IMG/VR virus record: IMGVR_UViG_3300046758_000611
Span: 64,001-128,000 of that record
DNA length: 64,000 nucleotides
Source of the DNA: a virus
Strand: one strand, 5' to 3'
The position numbers and the translations under genes were made by a program. Positions 44,242 to 53,683 of the stretch are shown piece after piece. The notes below the pieces were generated by a model that was not told the origin of the DNA, did not search any database, and saw nothing but the letters and a program-made list of their open reading frames with translations. Positions within the stretch are counted from its first letter, which is position 1; every line of letters starts with the position of its first letter.

Positions 44242-45892
44242 AAAAAAATTAGGCATAGTAACTTGTTATTTTAATCCACGTAACTATCTAACAAAATTTA
44301 TTAATTTTCTTGATTTCTATTACAAGTTAAGAAAATCAAAAAATGTAGATATTATTGTTGTTGAGTCTTGTATGAGTGATTCTGTTTATACATTAAAAAA
44401 CACTATACATAACAATCTTATATCATTGAATACAAATTCCGTATATTGGCAGAAAGAAGAATTGATAAATATAGGACTTAGAAAACATAAAGACACCGGT
44501 TACAAAAACTTGTGCTGGTTGGATAGTGATATTGAATTTTTAAACGATAATTGGGCAGATGTGATAATAGAAGATCTAAATGAGTATGATATAGTTCAGG
44601 TATTTGAGTATAGTCACGAAATAATTGACACTAAAGCAAACACAATAAAACATAACTCCTATATAAAAAAAATAAAAGAGGGTAACAACCATCCATTTAA
44701 AAGAATCGGTGAACTTGGTTATGGTTATGCTTACAAACGAACATCTCTTACCGATAAACTTTTATATGAAAATGCGGTAGTTGGTGGTGGTGATTTTTTA
44801 AATATATTACCATTTGTAAATATGAATACCACAATGAATATCACAGAAGATAGATATTTTAAAAACGCAAATATAGAAATGATAGATGATTACATGGATT
44901 GGTATGAAGATAAATCTAAATTAAAAACAAGTTACTCAAAAAACGAAATAAAGGTTGCGTACCACGGAGATAGAAAATTCAGAAACTATTTAAAACGAGA
45001 GCAGATTTTAAAAAACTTGAATTTTTGTCCAAAGACTGACCTTGAAAAAACAAATAATAACTCACTTAGACTTCTTAAAAATAAAAATGTAGAGAATTAT
45101 TTGAAAAAATATTTCAAGGAAAGAAATGAGGATTACTTTAATGATAATTTACAATCAAAAAGATTCTTTAAAAAAATAATCAACAGAGTGGCGTACAATT
45201 TAGATGTAGAAAATATTGAAACCGAACCTATGCTACGCACGGTTGAAAAAATAAAAAACCACGAAAATAAAGTACAAAAAAATAATAATATAGATATAAA
45301 ACTAAATAGAGTATGTGTTTGGTCTAAAAATAATATTAAAGAGATAAATGTAAGTTCCTTTGATTTTATGCAAAACATAATATACGATAAATCAGATAGA
45401 CATCAAATAAATTCTATAAAGTGCAATCGTAGTGATAGATTTCCACATACATATTTAAAATTCATTATTAGTAATTACGAAAATCTTCCAAGTGTGGTTA
45501 TATTCTGTAATGATTATATTGAACAATCGTTTATATTAAGTACGATCAGCATACTTAGAAACATACCAAACGATGAAAACTTAAAGTTTACACAAATCAT
45601 AGAGTGCAAACAACCAGTGCGATTGGATACATCTGGTCATATTTTAGGACTTTACAAAAAAACCTCTGTAAAGAAAAGTAAACATACATTCCAAGAATGG
45701 AATCGTTATCATTGTAATAAAGAAAAGGAAGGTAGCGATTTTTATGTTTATCCAATTTTTTATTTAGGAAGAAACATTATACAAAACAAAAAAATAGAAT
45801 ACTACGAAAACCTGTTAAGTAGTATATCGTCAGACTCACTTACCGAAGACGAACTTTATCTAAACCGCAGTTGGGACAACATATTTCAATGA
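44219..45892 (+). CDS. GT-A glycosyltransferase fused to DUF3431-like domain
   Basis: WQKEELINIG, WLDSD, GGGD; HTYLKFIISNYENLPSVVIF; in-frame GTG at 44219 taken as start. Confidence 0.65.
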   Translation: MTAQENNKKKLGIVTCYFNPRNYLTKFINFLDFYYKLRKSKNVDIIVVESCMSDSVYTLKNTIHNNLISLNTNSVYWQKEELINIGLRKHKDTGYKNLCWLDSDIEFLNDNWADVIIEDLNEYDIVQVFEYSHEIIDTKANTIKHNSYIKKIKEGNNHPFKRIGELGYGYAYKRTSLTDKLLYENAVVGGGDFLNILPFVNMNTTMNITEDRYFKNANIEMIDDYMDWYEDKSKLKTSYSKNEIKVAYHGDRKFRNYLKREQILKNLNFCPKTDLEKTNNNSLRLLKNKNVENYLKKYFKERNEDYFNDNLQSKRFFKKIINRVAYNLDVENIETEPMLRTVEKIKNHENKVQKNNNIDIKLNRVCVWSKNNIKEINVSSFDFMQNIIYDKSDRHQINSIKCNRSDRFPHTYLKFIISNYENLPSVVIFCNDYIEQSFILSTISILRNIPNDENLKFTQIIECKQPVRLDTSGHILGLYKKTSVKKSKHTFQEWNRYHCNKEKEGSDFYVYPIFYLGRNIIQNKKIEYYENLLSSISSDSLTEDELYLNRSWDNIFQ

Positions 45893-46746
45893 TTATTTTA
45901 TCAATACATTTATTTCCATTTGAAATGAAACGATTCCAACGAATCGTTAATTCAATAAATTTAAATTTAAAATATACGAGATGTGAAGAACTACTCGTTC
46001 ATGCTACTCTAAATAAAAATTCTAATATTCTTGAACACGAGTATGATGTTGACGAAGTCTTCATCAATCTTATGAAAACTATAAATTGCGATGTATTTTA
46101 TGAAATCAAAAACGAAGTAAATTTTTTAGGAGTAAATGAACATAGACGAAAAACCATACAACTATCAGACAAAGATGATTACATCATTTATATAGATAGT
46201 GATCTTATATTCAACGACAGAATACTAGCAAATCAAATTATTGCAATAGATTATTTAAAAAACAAAAATGACTACTTTATAGTAACCCCAAATACAATTA
46301 GATTGTGGGATAAAACATGGGATATAATTACACATGAAAAGTACCTAACTGAATCATTTGAATTCCACAGAAACGCAAACTTTTACGATATAGTAAATCA
46401 AAACTATGGAAAAATATATCTAGAGAAAATAAACAAATTTAAATGGGGTGGGGGGTGGTTTAATTGTTTTTCAGCAAATCTGCTTAAATTGATAAAAATC
46501 CCAACTTCATTTAAAGGTTATGGGCCAGATGACACATTTGTCATGGAGTGTTGTAATATATTAAAAAAAGAAGGAGAGAACGTATCACAATATATTATGA
46601 AAAACATGATTGTATGTGAGGATATAAAAATTGATTCAAAAAAATATTTCAAGAAAAAAACAAAAAATTTCAGAGAATTGTGCAATAAAAACTTTAATAA
46701 AGAGTTATCAAATTTTTATATTTCTTATAAAAAAGAAATAATTTAA
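45889..46746 (+). CDS. GT-A glycosyltransferase
   Basis: YIDSD, GGGWF, FKGYGPDDTF. Confidence 0.7.
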   Translation: MIILSIHLFPFEMKRFQRIVNSINLNLKYTRCEELLVHATLNKNSNILEHEYDVDEVFINLMKTINCDVFYEIKNEVNFLGVNEHRRKTIQLSDKDDYIIYIDSDLIFNDRILANQIIAIDYLKNKNDYFIVTPNTIRLWDKTWDIITHEKYLTESFEFHRNANFYDIVNQNYGKIYLEKINKFKWGGGWFNCFSANLLKLIKIPTSFKGYGPDDTFVMECCNILKKEGENVSQYIMKNMIVCEDIKIDSKKYFKKKTKNFRELCNKNFNKELSNFYISYKKEII

Positions 46747-46757
46747 TATATATGTGT

Positions 46758-47555
46758 ATGAAGAAACGGCAAATTTTAACATTTGTGGTGGTGAGTTTAA
46801 CTTTAACATTTACACAGGGTTGTGTAACAATTCCCTGGGGGTTGAAAGATGACAGAATTAAAATCAATTCTGACATAGAAAAAAAAGACACAGAACTTAG
46901 CCGTCATCTTAAATCTTATGTAACAGGAACTGTTGAAACACTGTCGTATGTAGATAATAAAAACAAAACACAACAAGTTGCATTAAATTTAGCACAAAAG
47001 GCACAAGAAATTGTAGGACTCCCAGACCCAGGGGACAAAATCAATGTAATTGATGTAATAAACAAAAACGGAGTTGCACTTGAGAACCTAGAAGACAGAA
47101 ATGCAGATGTAATAAGTTTATCTAGGCAAAAACAGGTCCTAGGACATGAACTAAGTGACACAGAAGATAAACTCATAGAACTGGGTGAGGCATCGAGAAC
47201 AGAAGATAATTTTTTTGCAAAAGCATGGGGTTGGTTAAAAACTACATTTGGCATATTAGGTGCAATTGCTATATTAATAATTGGAGGTCCTGCAATTTTA
47301 CCTATTTTGGGGCAAATAATTGCGTGGGTAGTTACAAAAATACCAGGACTTGTAGGTTGGATGGGTCTTACGAGTTTTTCGTTAACAAAGAATATTATCA
47401 AGGGAGTGCATGATGCAAAAGAAAAAATAAAAATGGCAGACGAAGAACGGAAGTTTTCAAAGAATGAAGTTCTTGACTTATTTAAATCAAATCTTGGCAA
47501 CTCAACAAACCACTCCGACAAGAATATAATCAGCAGAATAAAAAGAAAGTTCTAA
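46758..47555 (+). CDS. lipoprotein with internal transmembrane segments
   Basis: MKKRQ + hydrophobic stretch + TQGC lipobox; FGILGAIAILIIGGPAILPILGQIIAWVV. Confidence 0.65.
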   Translation: MKKRQILTFVVVSLTLTFTQGCVTIPWGLKDDRIKINSDIEKKDTELSRHLKSYVTGTVETLSYVDNKNKTQQVALNLAQKAQEIVGLPDPGDKINVIDVINKNGVALENLEDRNADVISLSRQKQVLGHELSDTEDKLIELGEASRTEDNFFAKAWGWLKTTFGILGAIAILIIGGPAILPILGQIIAWVVTKIPGLVGWMGLTSFSLTKNIIKGVHDAKEKIKMADEERKFSKNEVLDLFKSNLGNSTNHSDKNIISRIKRKF

Positions 47556-48181
47556 TGAAAGAAATACTTGTAGAGAATAAAAAATTTAAAGGTGATCCAG
47601 AAAAATTTAAAGGAAGTCGTGACGATAACGCACTTGGGTTCGGCTGGAGGCCTGGTCAGGAAGAAACAACAATAACTATAAATAATTGCGAAATAGATGC
47701 TAACGGAGTAGCAGAGGGTCTTAAATTAAGTTATTGTAAAAATGTAAAAGTTACCAATTGTACAATAATAGGTGGGTACGAAGATTGCGTAGATATTGTG
47801 CGTGGTTCAAATATAGTATTTCATAAATGTAAGTTTATAGCAAATAACACAAAACATCATTTCACAATAAAGTGTAATGTAGATGGTGTTAAAATAATAG
47901 ATTGTGAATTTATAAATGAATTTAATAATATATTAGATGGTGCTTGCGTTGATTTAGGAAACTGGGGAGATTATGATGTGGACATACTTCCCAAAACAAA
48001 GAACATAGAAATTGTAAATTGCAAATTAACAAATTTTAGAAAATTTAAAAAAATCATAACAAGAAGATTATATGCAGAAACACCGTGTGTAAAAAGTGAA
48101 GGGTTTGCACTTAATATTCCAAAAATCTTTGTTTCTTTGTTTTTTTCATATAAAAGGTTTGAAAGTAAACAAAAAAAATAG
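47555..48181 (+). CDS. right-handed parallel beta-helix protein
   Basis: ITINNCEI, NVKVTNCTIIGGYEDCVDI, NIVFHKCKF, GVKIIDCEF repeats. Confidence 0.7.
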   Translation: MKEILVENKKFKGDPEKFKGSRDDNALGFGWRPGQEETTITINNCEIDANGVAEGLKLSYCKNVKVTNCTIIGGYEDCVDIVRGSNIVFHKCKFIANNTKHHFTIKCNVDGVKIIDCEFINEFNNILDGACVDLGNWGDYDVDILPKTKNIEIVNCKLTNFRKFKKIITRRLYAETPCVKSEGFALNIPKIFVSLFFSYKRFESKQKK

Positions 48182-48243
48182 TTTTCTTTATTATACTTAT
48201 AAAAAAGGTTATATCGCATTATTAAACATGGAGATTGCGTTAT

Positions 48244-49119
48244 ATGAAAATAGGAGTTGTGGGAAATGGGTTTGTGGGTCATGCAATGACATTGCTGAGA
48301 CCTTATGTGGATGTACTTGTGTGGGATATAGTTCCAGATAAAAGAGATCCACAAACATTAGATATTGAAACGTTTGTAGAAGAGTCGGAAATAATTTTTG
48401 TTGCCGTTCCCACACCAATGAATTCAGACGGAAGTGCTAATTTAAATATAGTAAGAGCAGTTTGCGAAGAAATTCAAGCAATTGATGATGAAAAATATAT
48501 TGTACTTCGTTCTACTGTACCACCCGGAACAAGTGAAGAATTAGATGTAGCATTTATGCCAGAGTTTCTTACTGAAAAAAACTGGAAGGATGATTTTAAA
48601 AATTGCAATCAATGGATACTTGGTTCAACCGATCCATTCTTATATGAAAAAATGAAAAGAATGTTTGAACTTGCATATAATGATGGAAATGGTGCGATTG
48701 TAAACAAAGAATTAATTCAATGCAAACCAAGTGAAGCAGAAATGATAAAATACTTGAAAAATGTATTTTTAAGTGTAAAGGTCGGTTTCTTTAATGAACT
48801 TGAATCAATTTGCTCAGAGATGGACATTAATTATGAAAATGTTCGTTGTATTGCAACAGAAGACCCTAGAATTGGAAACGGACACACAAAAGTTCCCGGA
48901 CACGATGGTCTTCGTGGATTTGGGGGAACGTGTTTTCCAAAAGATACGAATGCACTTGCAAACTTTGCAAATGAAAATTTCGTACCAACTCCTATACTTA
49001 ATGCAGTTATTAAACGAAACGAAGAAGTAGACAGACCTGAAAAAGACTGGATGGCAGACAAAGGGAGAGCAGTTTCTGCTGAAGTAAATCCCAACGAAAA
49101 GAAGAAAAAGACAACATGA
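48244..49119 (+). CDS. UDP-glucose/GDP-mannose dehydrogenase family protein (short form)
   Basis: IGVVGNGFVG, FVAVPTP, RSTVPPGT, PEFL, GFGGTCFPKD. Confidence 0.88.
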   Translation: MKIGVVGNGFVGHAMTLLRPYVDVLVWDIVPDKRDPQTLDIETFVEESEIIFVAVPTPMNSDGSANLNIVRAVCEEIQAIDDEKYIVLRSTVPPGTSEELDVAFMPEFLTEKNWKDDFKNCNQWILGSTDPFLYEKMKRMFELAYNDGNGAIVNKELIQCKPSEAEMIKYLKNVFLSVKVGFFNELESICSEMDINYENVRCIATEDPRIGNGHTKVPGHDGLRGFGGTCFPKDTNALANFANENFVPTPILNAVIKRNEEVDRPEKDWMADKGRAVSAEVNPNEKKKKTT

Positions 49120-50072
49120 AAAACATTGACTTCTTCAATGGAGATGCAGACGGAATAATAAGTCTACATCAGTACCGATTATTCTCACCGACTGATAGTG
49201 AATTATTTACTGGTGTTAAAAGGGATGTTAAACTTTTAAGACATTGCGTTGGGGTTAAAAACTGCAACTTAACGGTATTTGATGTATCACTATTATCTAA
49301 CATAGAATATGTAAAACAAATATTAAAAAAGAAAAATAAAATAAAATGGTTTGACCATCATGAACCGGGTGAAACAAAGTTAGGAAAAAACTTTTCAATA
49401 AAAGTAGACTCCGATCCCAATTGTTGTACAAATATATTAGTTGATAAATACATAGACGGGTTACACAGACCCTGGACAATATGTGGTGCGTTTGGAGATA
49501 ATTTACACGAACAGGCAGAAAAACTAAATCCTTGTTTTGACGAGCAGACAATGAATAAGTTAAAAGAAATTGGAGAAACACTAAATTACAATGGATACGG
49601 AAACAAAGAGTCTGATTTAACTGTACACCCAAAAAACGTATACCTTGATTTAAAACAATATGAATCACCGTTTCGTTACAGAAGCAAATCAGAAATATAC
49701 AATAAAATTTATACACAAATGAAGTCTGATGAAAAAGAACTAAATTCATCCGAAATTTTACATGAAACAAAAACAGGGAAAGTCATTTTGCTTCCAGACA
49801 CAAAAGCATCCATTAGGTACTCTGGTATATACAGTAACCAACAAACAACCGATAATCCCGATAAAGCATTTGCAATTCTTACATTAACAAACAATGATAA
49901 TTACCGAATAAGCATAAGGTCACCAAAAAACAATCCATACGGAGCAAGCAAGTTGGCATTGAGTTTTCCAACAGGAGGTGGTCGTGAAAAAGCAGCCGGT
50001 ATAAACGAATTACCAAAAACAGAACTTAAAAAATTTATTGAAACATTTGAAAATATTTATGGAAATGAATAA
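49116..50072 (+). CDS. DHH/DHHA1-family phosphoesterase
   Basis: NGDADG, FDHH, GGGREKAAG. Confidence 0.8.
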   Translation: MKNIDFFNGDADGIISLHQYRLFSPTDSELFTGVKRDVKLLRHCVGVKNCNLTVFDVSLLSNIEYVKQILKKKNKIKWFDHHEPGETKLGKNFSIKVDSDPNCCTNILVDKYIDGLHRPWTICGAFGDNLHEQAEKLNPCFDEQTMNKLKEIGETLNYNGYGNKESDLTVHPKNVYLDLKQYESPFRYRSKSEIYNKIYTQMKSDEKELNSSEILHETKTGKVILLPDTKASIRYSGIYSNQQTTDNPDKAFAILTLTNNDNYRISIRSPKNNPYGASKLALSFPTGGGREKAAGINELPKTELKKFIETFENIYGNE

Positions 50073-50196
50073 ACAAAAAAAAGTATTTATTAAAACAAAA
50101 AAACCTAGTATAATATTCCTTAATAAATCAATAAATTATAAACAACCAACACAAACTGAAATATCTAAACAAGATTTAGCGGATAGGTGGGGATAG
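50065..50196 (+). CDS. small basic hypothetical protein (43 aa)
   Basis: MNKQKKVFIK...DLADRWG fills the gap between two operon genes. Confidence 0.4.
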   Translation: MNKQKKVFIKTKKPSIIFLNKSINYKQPTQTEISKQDLADRWG

Positions 50197-50199
50197 ATT

Positions 50200-50571
50200 A
50201 TGAGAAATCAAGATGAAAGTATAAGACCTTGGGGAAATTATGAAATTCTATTAGACGCAGAATACTGCAAAGTCAAACGTATCTTTGTAAAACCAGGACA
50301 AAGATTAAGTTATCAATACCACCACAAACGACAAGAAGCATGGACGGTTGTTAGTGGTGTTGCGAGAATAACTTTAGACGATGTCACAGAAGATTATAAA
50401 CCAGGAGAAACGGTTTTAATTCCTATTGGAGCAAAACACCGCATGGCAAATCCAAGTGGTACAGAAGATATGATTTTAATTGAAGTTCAAACAGGAACTT
50501 ATTTTGGTGAAGATGATATTGTCAGAGTCCAAGATGATTATGATCGTCCAGAAAAACACGAATCAAATTAA
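50200..50571 (+). CDS. mannose-6-phosphate isomerase type II C-terminal cupin
   Basis: RPWGNY, KVKRIFVKPGQRLSYQYHHKRQEAW, IEVQTGTYFGEDDIVR. Confidence 0.9.
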   Translation: MRNQDESIRPWGNYEILLDAEYCKVKRIFVKPGQRLSYQYHHKRQEAWTVVSGVARITLDDVTEDYKPGETVLIPIGAKHRMANPSGTEDMILIEVQTGTYFGEDDIVRVQDDYDRPEKHESN

Positions 50572-50575
50572 AATT

Positions 50576-50983
50576 ATGAAAACCGTAGCAGTTAGTGGAT
50601 ACTTTGACCCAATTCATGTGGGTCATTTAGAATATCTTGAGTTGGCAAAAAAACTTGGTGATCGTCTTGTTGTTATTGTAAACAACAATCATCAATGTGT
50701 TCTTAAAAAAGGCAAACCATTTATGGATGAAGCAGACCGAGTAAAAATCGTAGAAGCACTCGGAATAGTTGATGAAGTTTTTCTCAGTATCGATGGAGAC
50801 AAAAGTGTATGTGCTTCTCTTGATGCAATTAAACCCGACATCTTTGCAAATGGTGGAGATAGAAGCACAGGTGAAGTACCCGAAAGTGTTATTTGCAAAA
50901 AGCATGGCATTGAAATGGTCGATGGACTTGGTGATAAAATTAGAAGTTCAAGTGATTTGACTGGCTTAAAAGAAAAGAAGTAG
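50576..50983 (+). CDS. HIGH-family cytidylyl/nucleotidyltransferase
   Basis: SGYFDPIHVGH, FANGGDR, KIRSSS. Confidence 0.88.
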   Translation: MKTVAVSGYFDPIHVGHLEYLELAKKLGDRLVVIVNNNHQCVLKKGKPFMDEADRVKIVEALGIVDEVFLSIDGDKSVCASLDAIKPDIFANGGDRSTGEVPESVICKKHGIEMVDGLGDKIRSSSDLTGLKEKK

Positions 50984-51002
50984 TTCCTATCTATTTATTT
51001 GT

Positions 51003-51908
51003 ATGAATAAAGTCTTGATAACGGGTGGTGCTGGTTTTGTTGGAACTGCACTTATACGCAAACTTATACGAAAGTACAAGAATATTCAGATCATCAGCAT
51101 TGACAATTATAGTAGTGGATTTGAAAGCAATCATATAAAAAGTAAAAAAGTAACGTATCTTAATAAGGATACTCAAACTTTGATTCCGAAAAAATTTGAT
51201 GCAAACAATACCAAGATGGATATTGCAGATGCCTTCGAACCAGATGTTGTCTTTCACTTCGGTGAGTTCTCACGAATCGTAACGAGTTTTGATGCGTTTG
51301 ATAATTGTTGGGACTATAATATGCAAGGAACTAAAATGGTTCTTGATTATTGCGTAGCAAAAAAGGCAAAGTTAATTTATAGTGCAAGTTCAAGTAAATT
51401 TGGAAACGATGGCAAAGACGAAAATCTTTCTCCATATGCTTGGATGAAAGCAAAAATGGTTGAACTTATTAAAAACTATTCAGACTGGTTTGATTTAAAA
51501 TACGAAATAACATACTTTTACAATGCGTACGGTCCTGGACAAGTAAGAACAGGAGATTACGCAACCGTGATAGGAATATTCGAAGAGCAATATTCCAAAG
51601 GAGAACCACTTACAGTTGTAGAACCAGGTGAACAATCAAGAGACTTTACCCATGTTGATGATATCGTAAATGGAGTTGTGTTAGCAGCCGTCAAAGGTCA
51701 ACAATGTGAATATCCACTTGGAACAGGAATTCCACACAAAATAATTGATGTTGCTAAACTGTTCAATCATAAACATATTATGATACCAGAAAGACGTGGT
51801 GAGAGATTCTACGGAAAAGCAATTCCATCTCTAACCTACCAACATCTTGGTTGGAACGCAAAAATTAAACTAGAAGATTATATCAAAAAAATAGTTGACG
51901 CCAAATAA
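51003..51908 (+). CDS. NAD-dependent nucleotide-sugar epimerase/dehydratase
   Basis: TGGAGFVG, YSASSS, YAWMK (YxxxK), YNAYGP, RDFTHVDD. Confidence 0.9.
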   Translation: MNKVLITGGAGFVGTALIRKLIRKYKNIQIISIDNYSSGFESNHIKSKKVTYLNKDTQTLIPKKFDANNTKMDIADAFEPDVVFHFGEFSRIVTSFDAFDNCWDYNMQGTKMVLDYCVAKKAKLIYSASSSKFGNDGKDENLSPYAWMKAKMVELIKNYSDWFDLKYEITYFYNAYGPGQVRTGDYATVIGIFEEQYSKGEPLTVVEPGEQSRDFTHVDDIVNGVVLAAVKGQQCEYPLGTGIPHKIIDVAKLFNHKHIMIPERRGERFYGKAIPSLTYQHLGWNAKIKLEDYIKKIVDAK

Positions 51909-51923
51909 ATTTGTTTATATAAT
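51895..51923 (+). promoter_or_regulatory. near-consensus sigma70 promoter of the four-gene modification operon, leaderless
   Basis: TTGACG-17-TATAAT, 6 nt before ATG 51930. Confidence 0.75.
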
Positions 51924-51929
51924 ATATAG

Positions 51930-53216
51930 ATGAATTTTAGAAATGTTGAACTTGAATATCCTAAGCCGTTTCACAACGGAAAGAAGTGGGTCTATGCGGA
52001 TAGTCCAATTTACGACAACTTATTAAATTGCTTTTGGGAAACACAACATCCAGAAGACTCATATAAAGATTCACCTAGATTACGTGATCCGTTTAGAAAA
52101 ATAAACAATATGACGAATCAGAAACTTCTTGGTCATAAAGAAGATACATACGAAAAAGTTGATTGGGTGGAAGATGAAAATGGAATTATTCGTGCTTGTA
52201 TTTTATATTTTGATATTCCAAAAATGCACTCTAAGAAAAAGAAAATAGTAAGTTTTACAGGTCGTGAAATTACTTTAAGTGCAAATGATGCGTATATTCA
52301 AGAAGTTGCTTGCTATCCTGGTTACGAAGAATGGTTAGGTAAACTAATTAAAAAGCACGAAGCAAAAGGAAACTTCTTTGAAGAAGGAGTTACAGTCATT
52401 GAATGTGATATGCAACTCAAAAGAATTCGTGAACTTCTTGCATCTATTGGTTATACACGAAAAGATAATCTTATCAGCAGTTTCGCAGATATGTATGGAT
52501 TTTGGTTTAAAGGTGGTGAATACCCACACATAGATCCTGCACAAGAAATTGCCTTACAAAGATTAGCAATGCCGGGTGTTCCAAATCCTAAGAAAATCAT
52601 GGAACAATTAAATAAAGTAAGTTCCGAGTTTTCTAATCATTATTCAAATTACAATAAAAGTGATTCGTGGTCAGGAGTAACAGTATCTGGTTATGGAGGC
52701 GAATGGGATTTTATTATCAAACCAAGTGAAATGAACAACAAGTGGAAAAAGAATAATTCAGAGAAATTAAAATGGAAAGTAGAAGATACTCCACTTCGTG
52801 CAAAACTACCTGCCGTAGAAGAATATTTAAAACTTCTTCCTTATGAATTTGAAAGAATTAGAATTCTTAAACTTGCTGGTGGTGAGGGAGAGTTACAACG
52901 ACACACAGACCGTCAAGACAAAGAAGCAGGTATTTCGGACAACCAATGGGCAAGAGTTCATTTTCCAATTCAAACAAATCCAAAAGTACAATTCACACTT
53001 TGGAACACAGACGGAACAAAAACGGTTGACAAAATGAAAGAAGGAGAATTGTGGTATCTTGATATGAGGAAACCACATACTGCATTTAATGGTGGATCAC
53101 AGGATCGTTATCATCTGGTTGTTGATTTAAAAGCAAATCAAAACTTTAGAGATTGGTTGGTTGAAAGTAGCAAGTTGTATCCACCCACCAAAGATGCTGA
53201 CAATTATATTGAATGA
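51930..53216 (+). CDS. possible GNAT-like N-terminal domain fused to an Asp/Asn beta-hydroxylase-type 2OG-Fe(II) oxygenase
   Basis: RIRILKL..QRHTD (HxD), RVHFPIQTNP, GELWYLD..PHTAFNGG..RYHLVVD; GNAT guess from AYIQEVACYPG..LASIGY. Confidence 0.7.
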   Translation: MNFRNVELEYPKPFHNGKKWVYADSPIYDNLLNCFWETQHPEDSYKDSPRLRDPFRKINNMTNQKLLGHKEDTYEKVDWVEDENGIIRACILYFDIPKMHSKKKKIVSFTGREITLSANDAYIQEVACYPGYEEWLGKLIKKHEAKGNFFEEGVTVIECDMQLKRIRELLASIGYTRKDNLISSFADMYGFWFKGGEYPHIDPAQEIALQRLAMPGVPNPKKIMEQLNKVSSEFSNHYSNYNKSDSWSGVTVSGYGGEWDFIIKPSEMNNKWKKNNSEKLKWKVEDTPLRAKLPAVEEYLKLLPYEFERIRILKLAGGEGELQRHTDRQDKEAGISDNQWARVHFPIQTNPKVQFTLWNTDGTKTVDKMKEGELWYLDMRKPHTAFNGGSQDRYHLVVDLKANQNFRDWLVESSKLYPPTKDADNYIE

Positions 53217-53683
53217 AAATTTCAGAAGAACGACTGCAAACTATGTATGAGTTAGCAGGTTTAAATAAACAAACTCTACATGATGCTCTTCGTATCATGG
53301 GAAAAAAGCATCTTAAAACAAAGTTGATGAAAGAAGGATGGACACACGACAATCCAACTAAAAACTATTGTTATGTAATTGCAGAATTTGTTTATTATTA
53401 TTTATCACCAAGAGGGTCTAAACCATATAAGTTACCTGGCATACCAGGAGACGATGGATTGCATCGTTTTATTATGTGGCCAGATTATTCTGTTGTGGAT
53501 TTGGCAGTTGACCAATTTCCTAATTTTGAAGATGTAGATTATACAAAAGCAAAAATATGCTATTTTATGGTAAATACATTCGGAGTACCTGGACCATCAA
53601 AACGAACAAGAATTTTAGCAGAACTCATGGGATATGAGTTATCAGAAGAACGAGCAATTAAAGTAAATACAAAATCATGGTAA
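53213..53683 (+). CDS. hypothetical protein with candidate Cys-His-Asp (papain/transglutaminase-like) triad
   Basis: NYCYVIAE, LHRFI, VVDLAVDQF. Confidence 0.55.
   Translation: MKISEERLQTMYELAGLNKQTLHDALRIMGKKHLKTKLMKEGWTHDNPTKNYCYVIAEFVYYYLSPRGSKPYKLPGIPGDDGLHRFIMWPDYSVVDLAVDQFPNFEDVDYTKAKICYFMVNTFGVPGPSKRTRILAELMGYELSEERAIKVNTKSW

Noticed and set aside
44147-44248. Possible frameshift fusion of two GT genes at an A9 run
   Set aside because: An in-frame GTG at 44219 gives an ordinary short overlap, and the upstream stop codon sits at the start of the run
51930-53216. Calling the oxygenase a TET/JBP 5mC dioxygenase
   Set aside because: Motif spacing fits the Asp/Asn beta-hydroxylase type, and the neighbouring MTase is an SPPY amino-MTase rather than a C5 MTase
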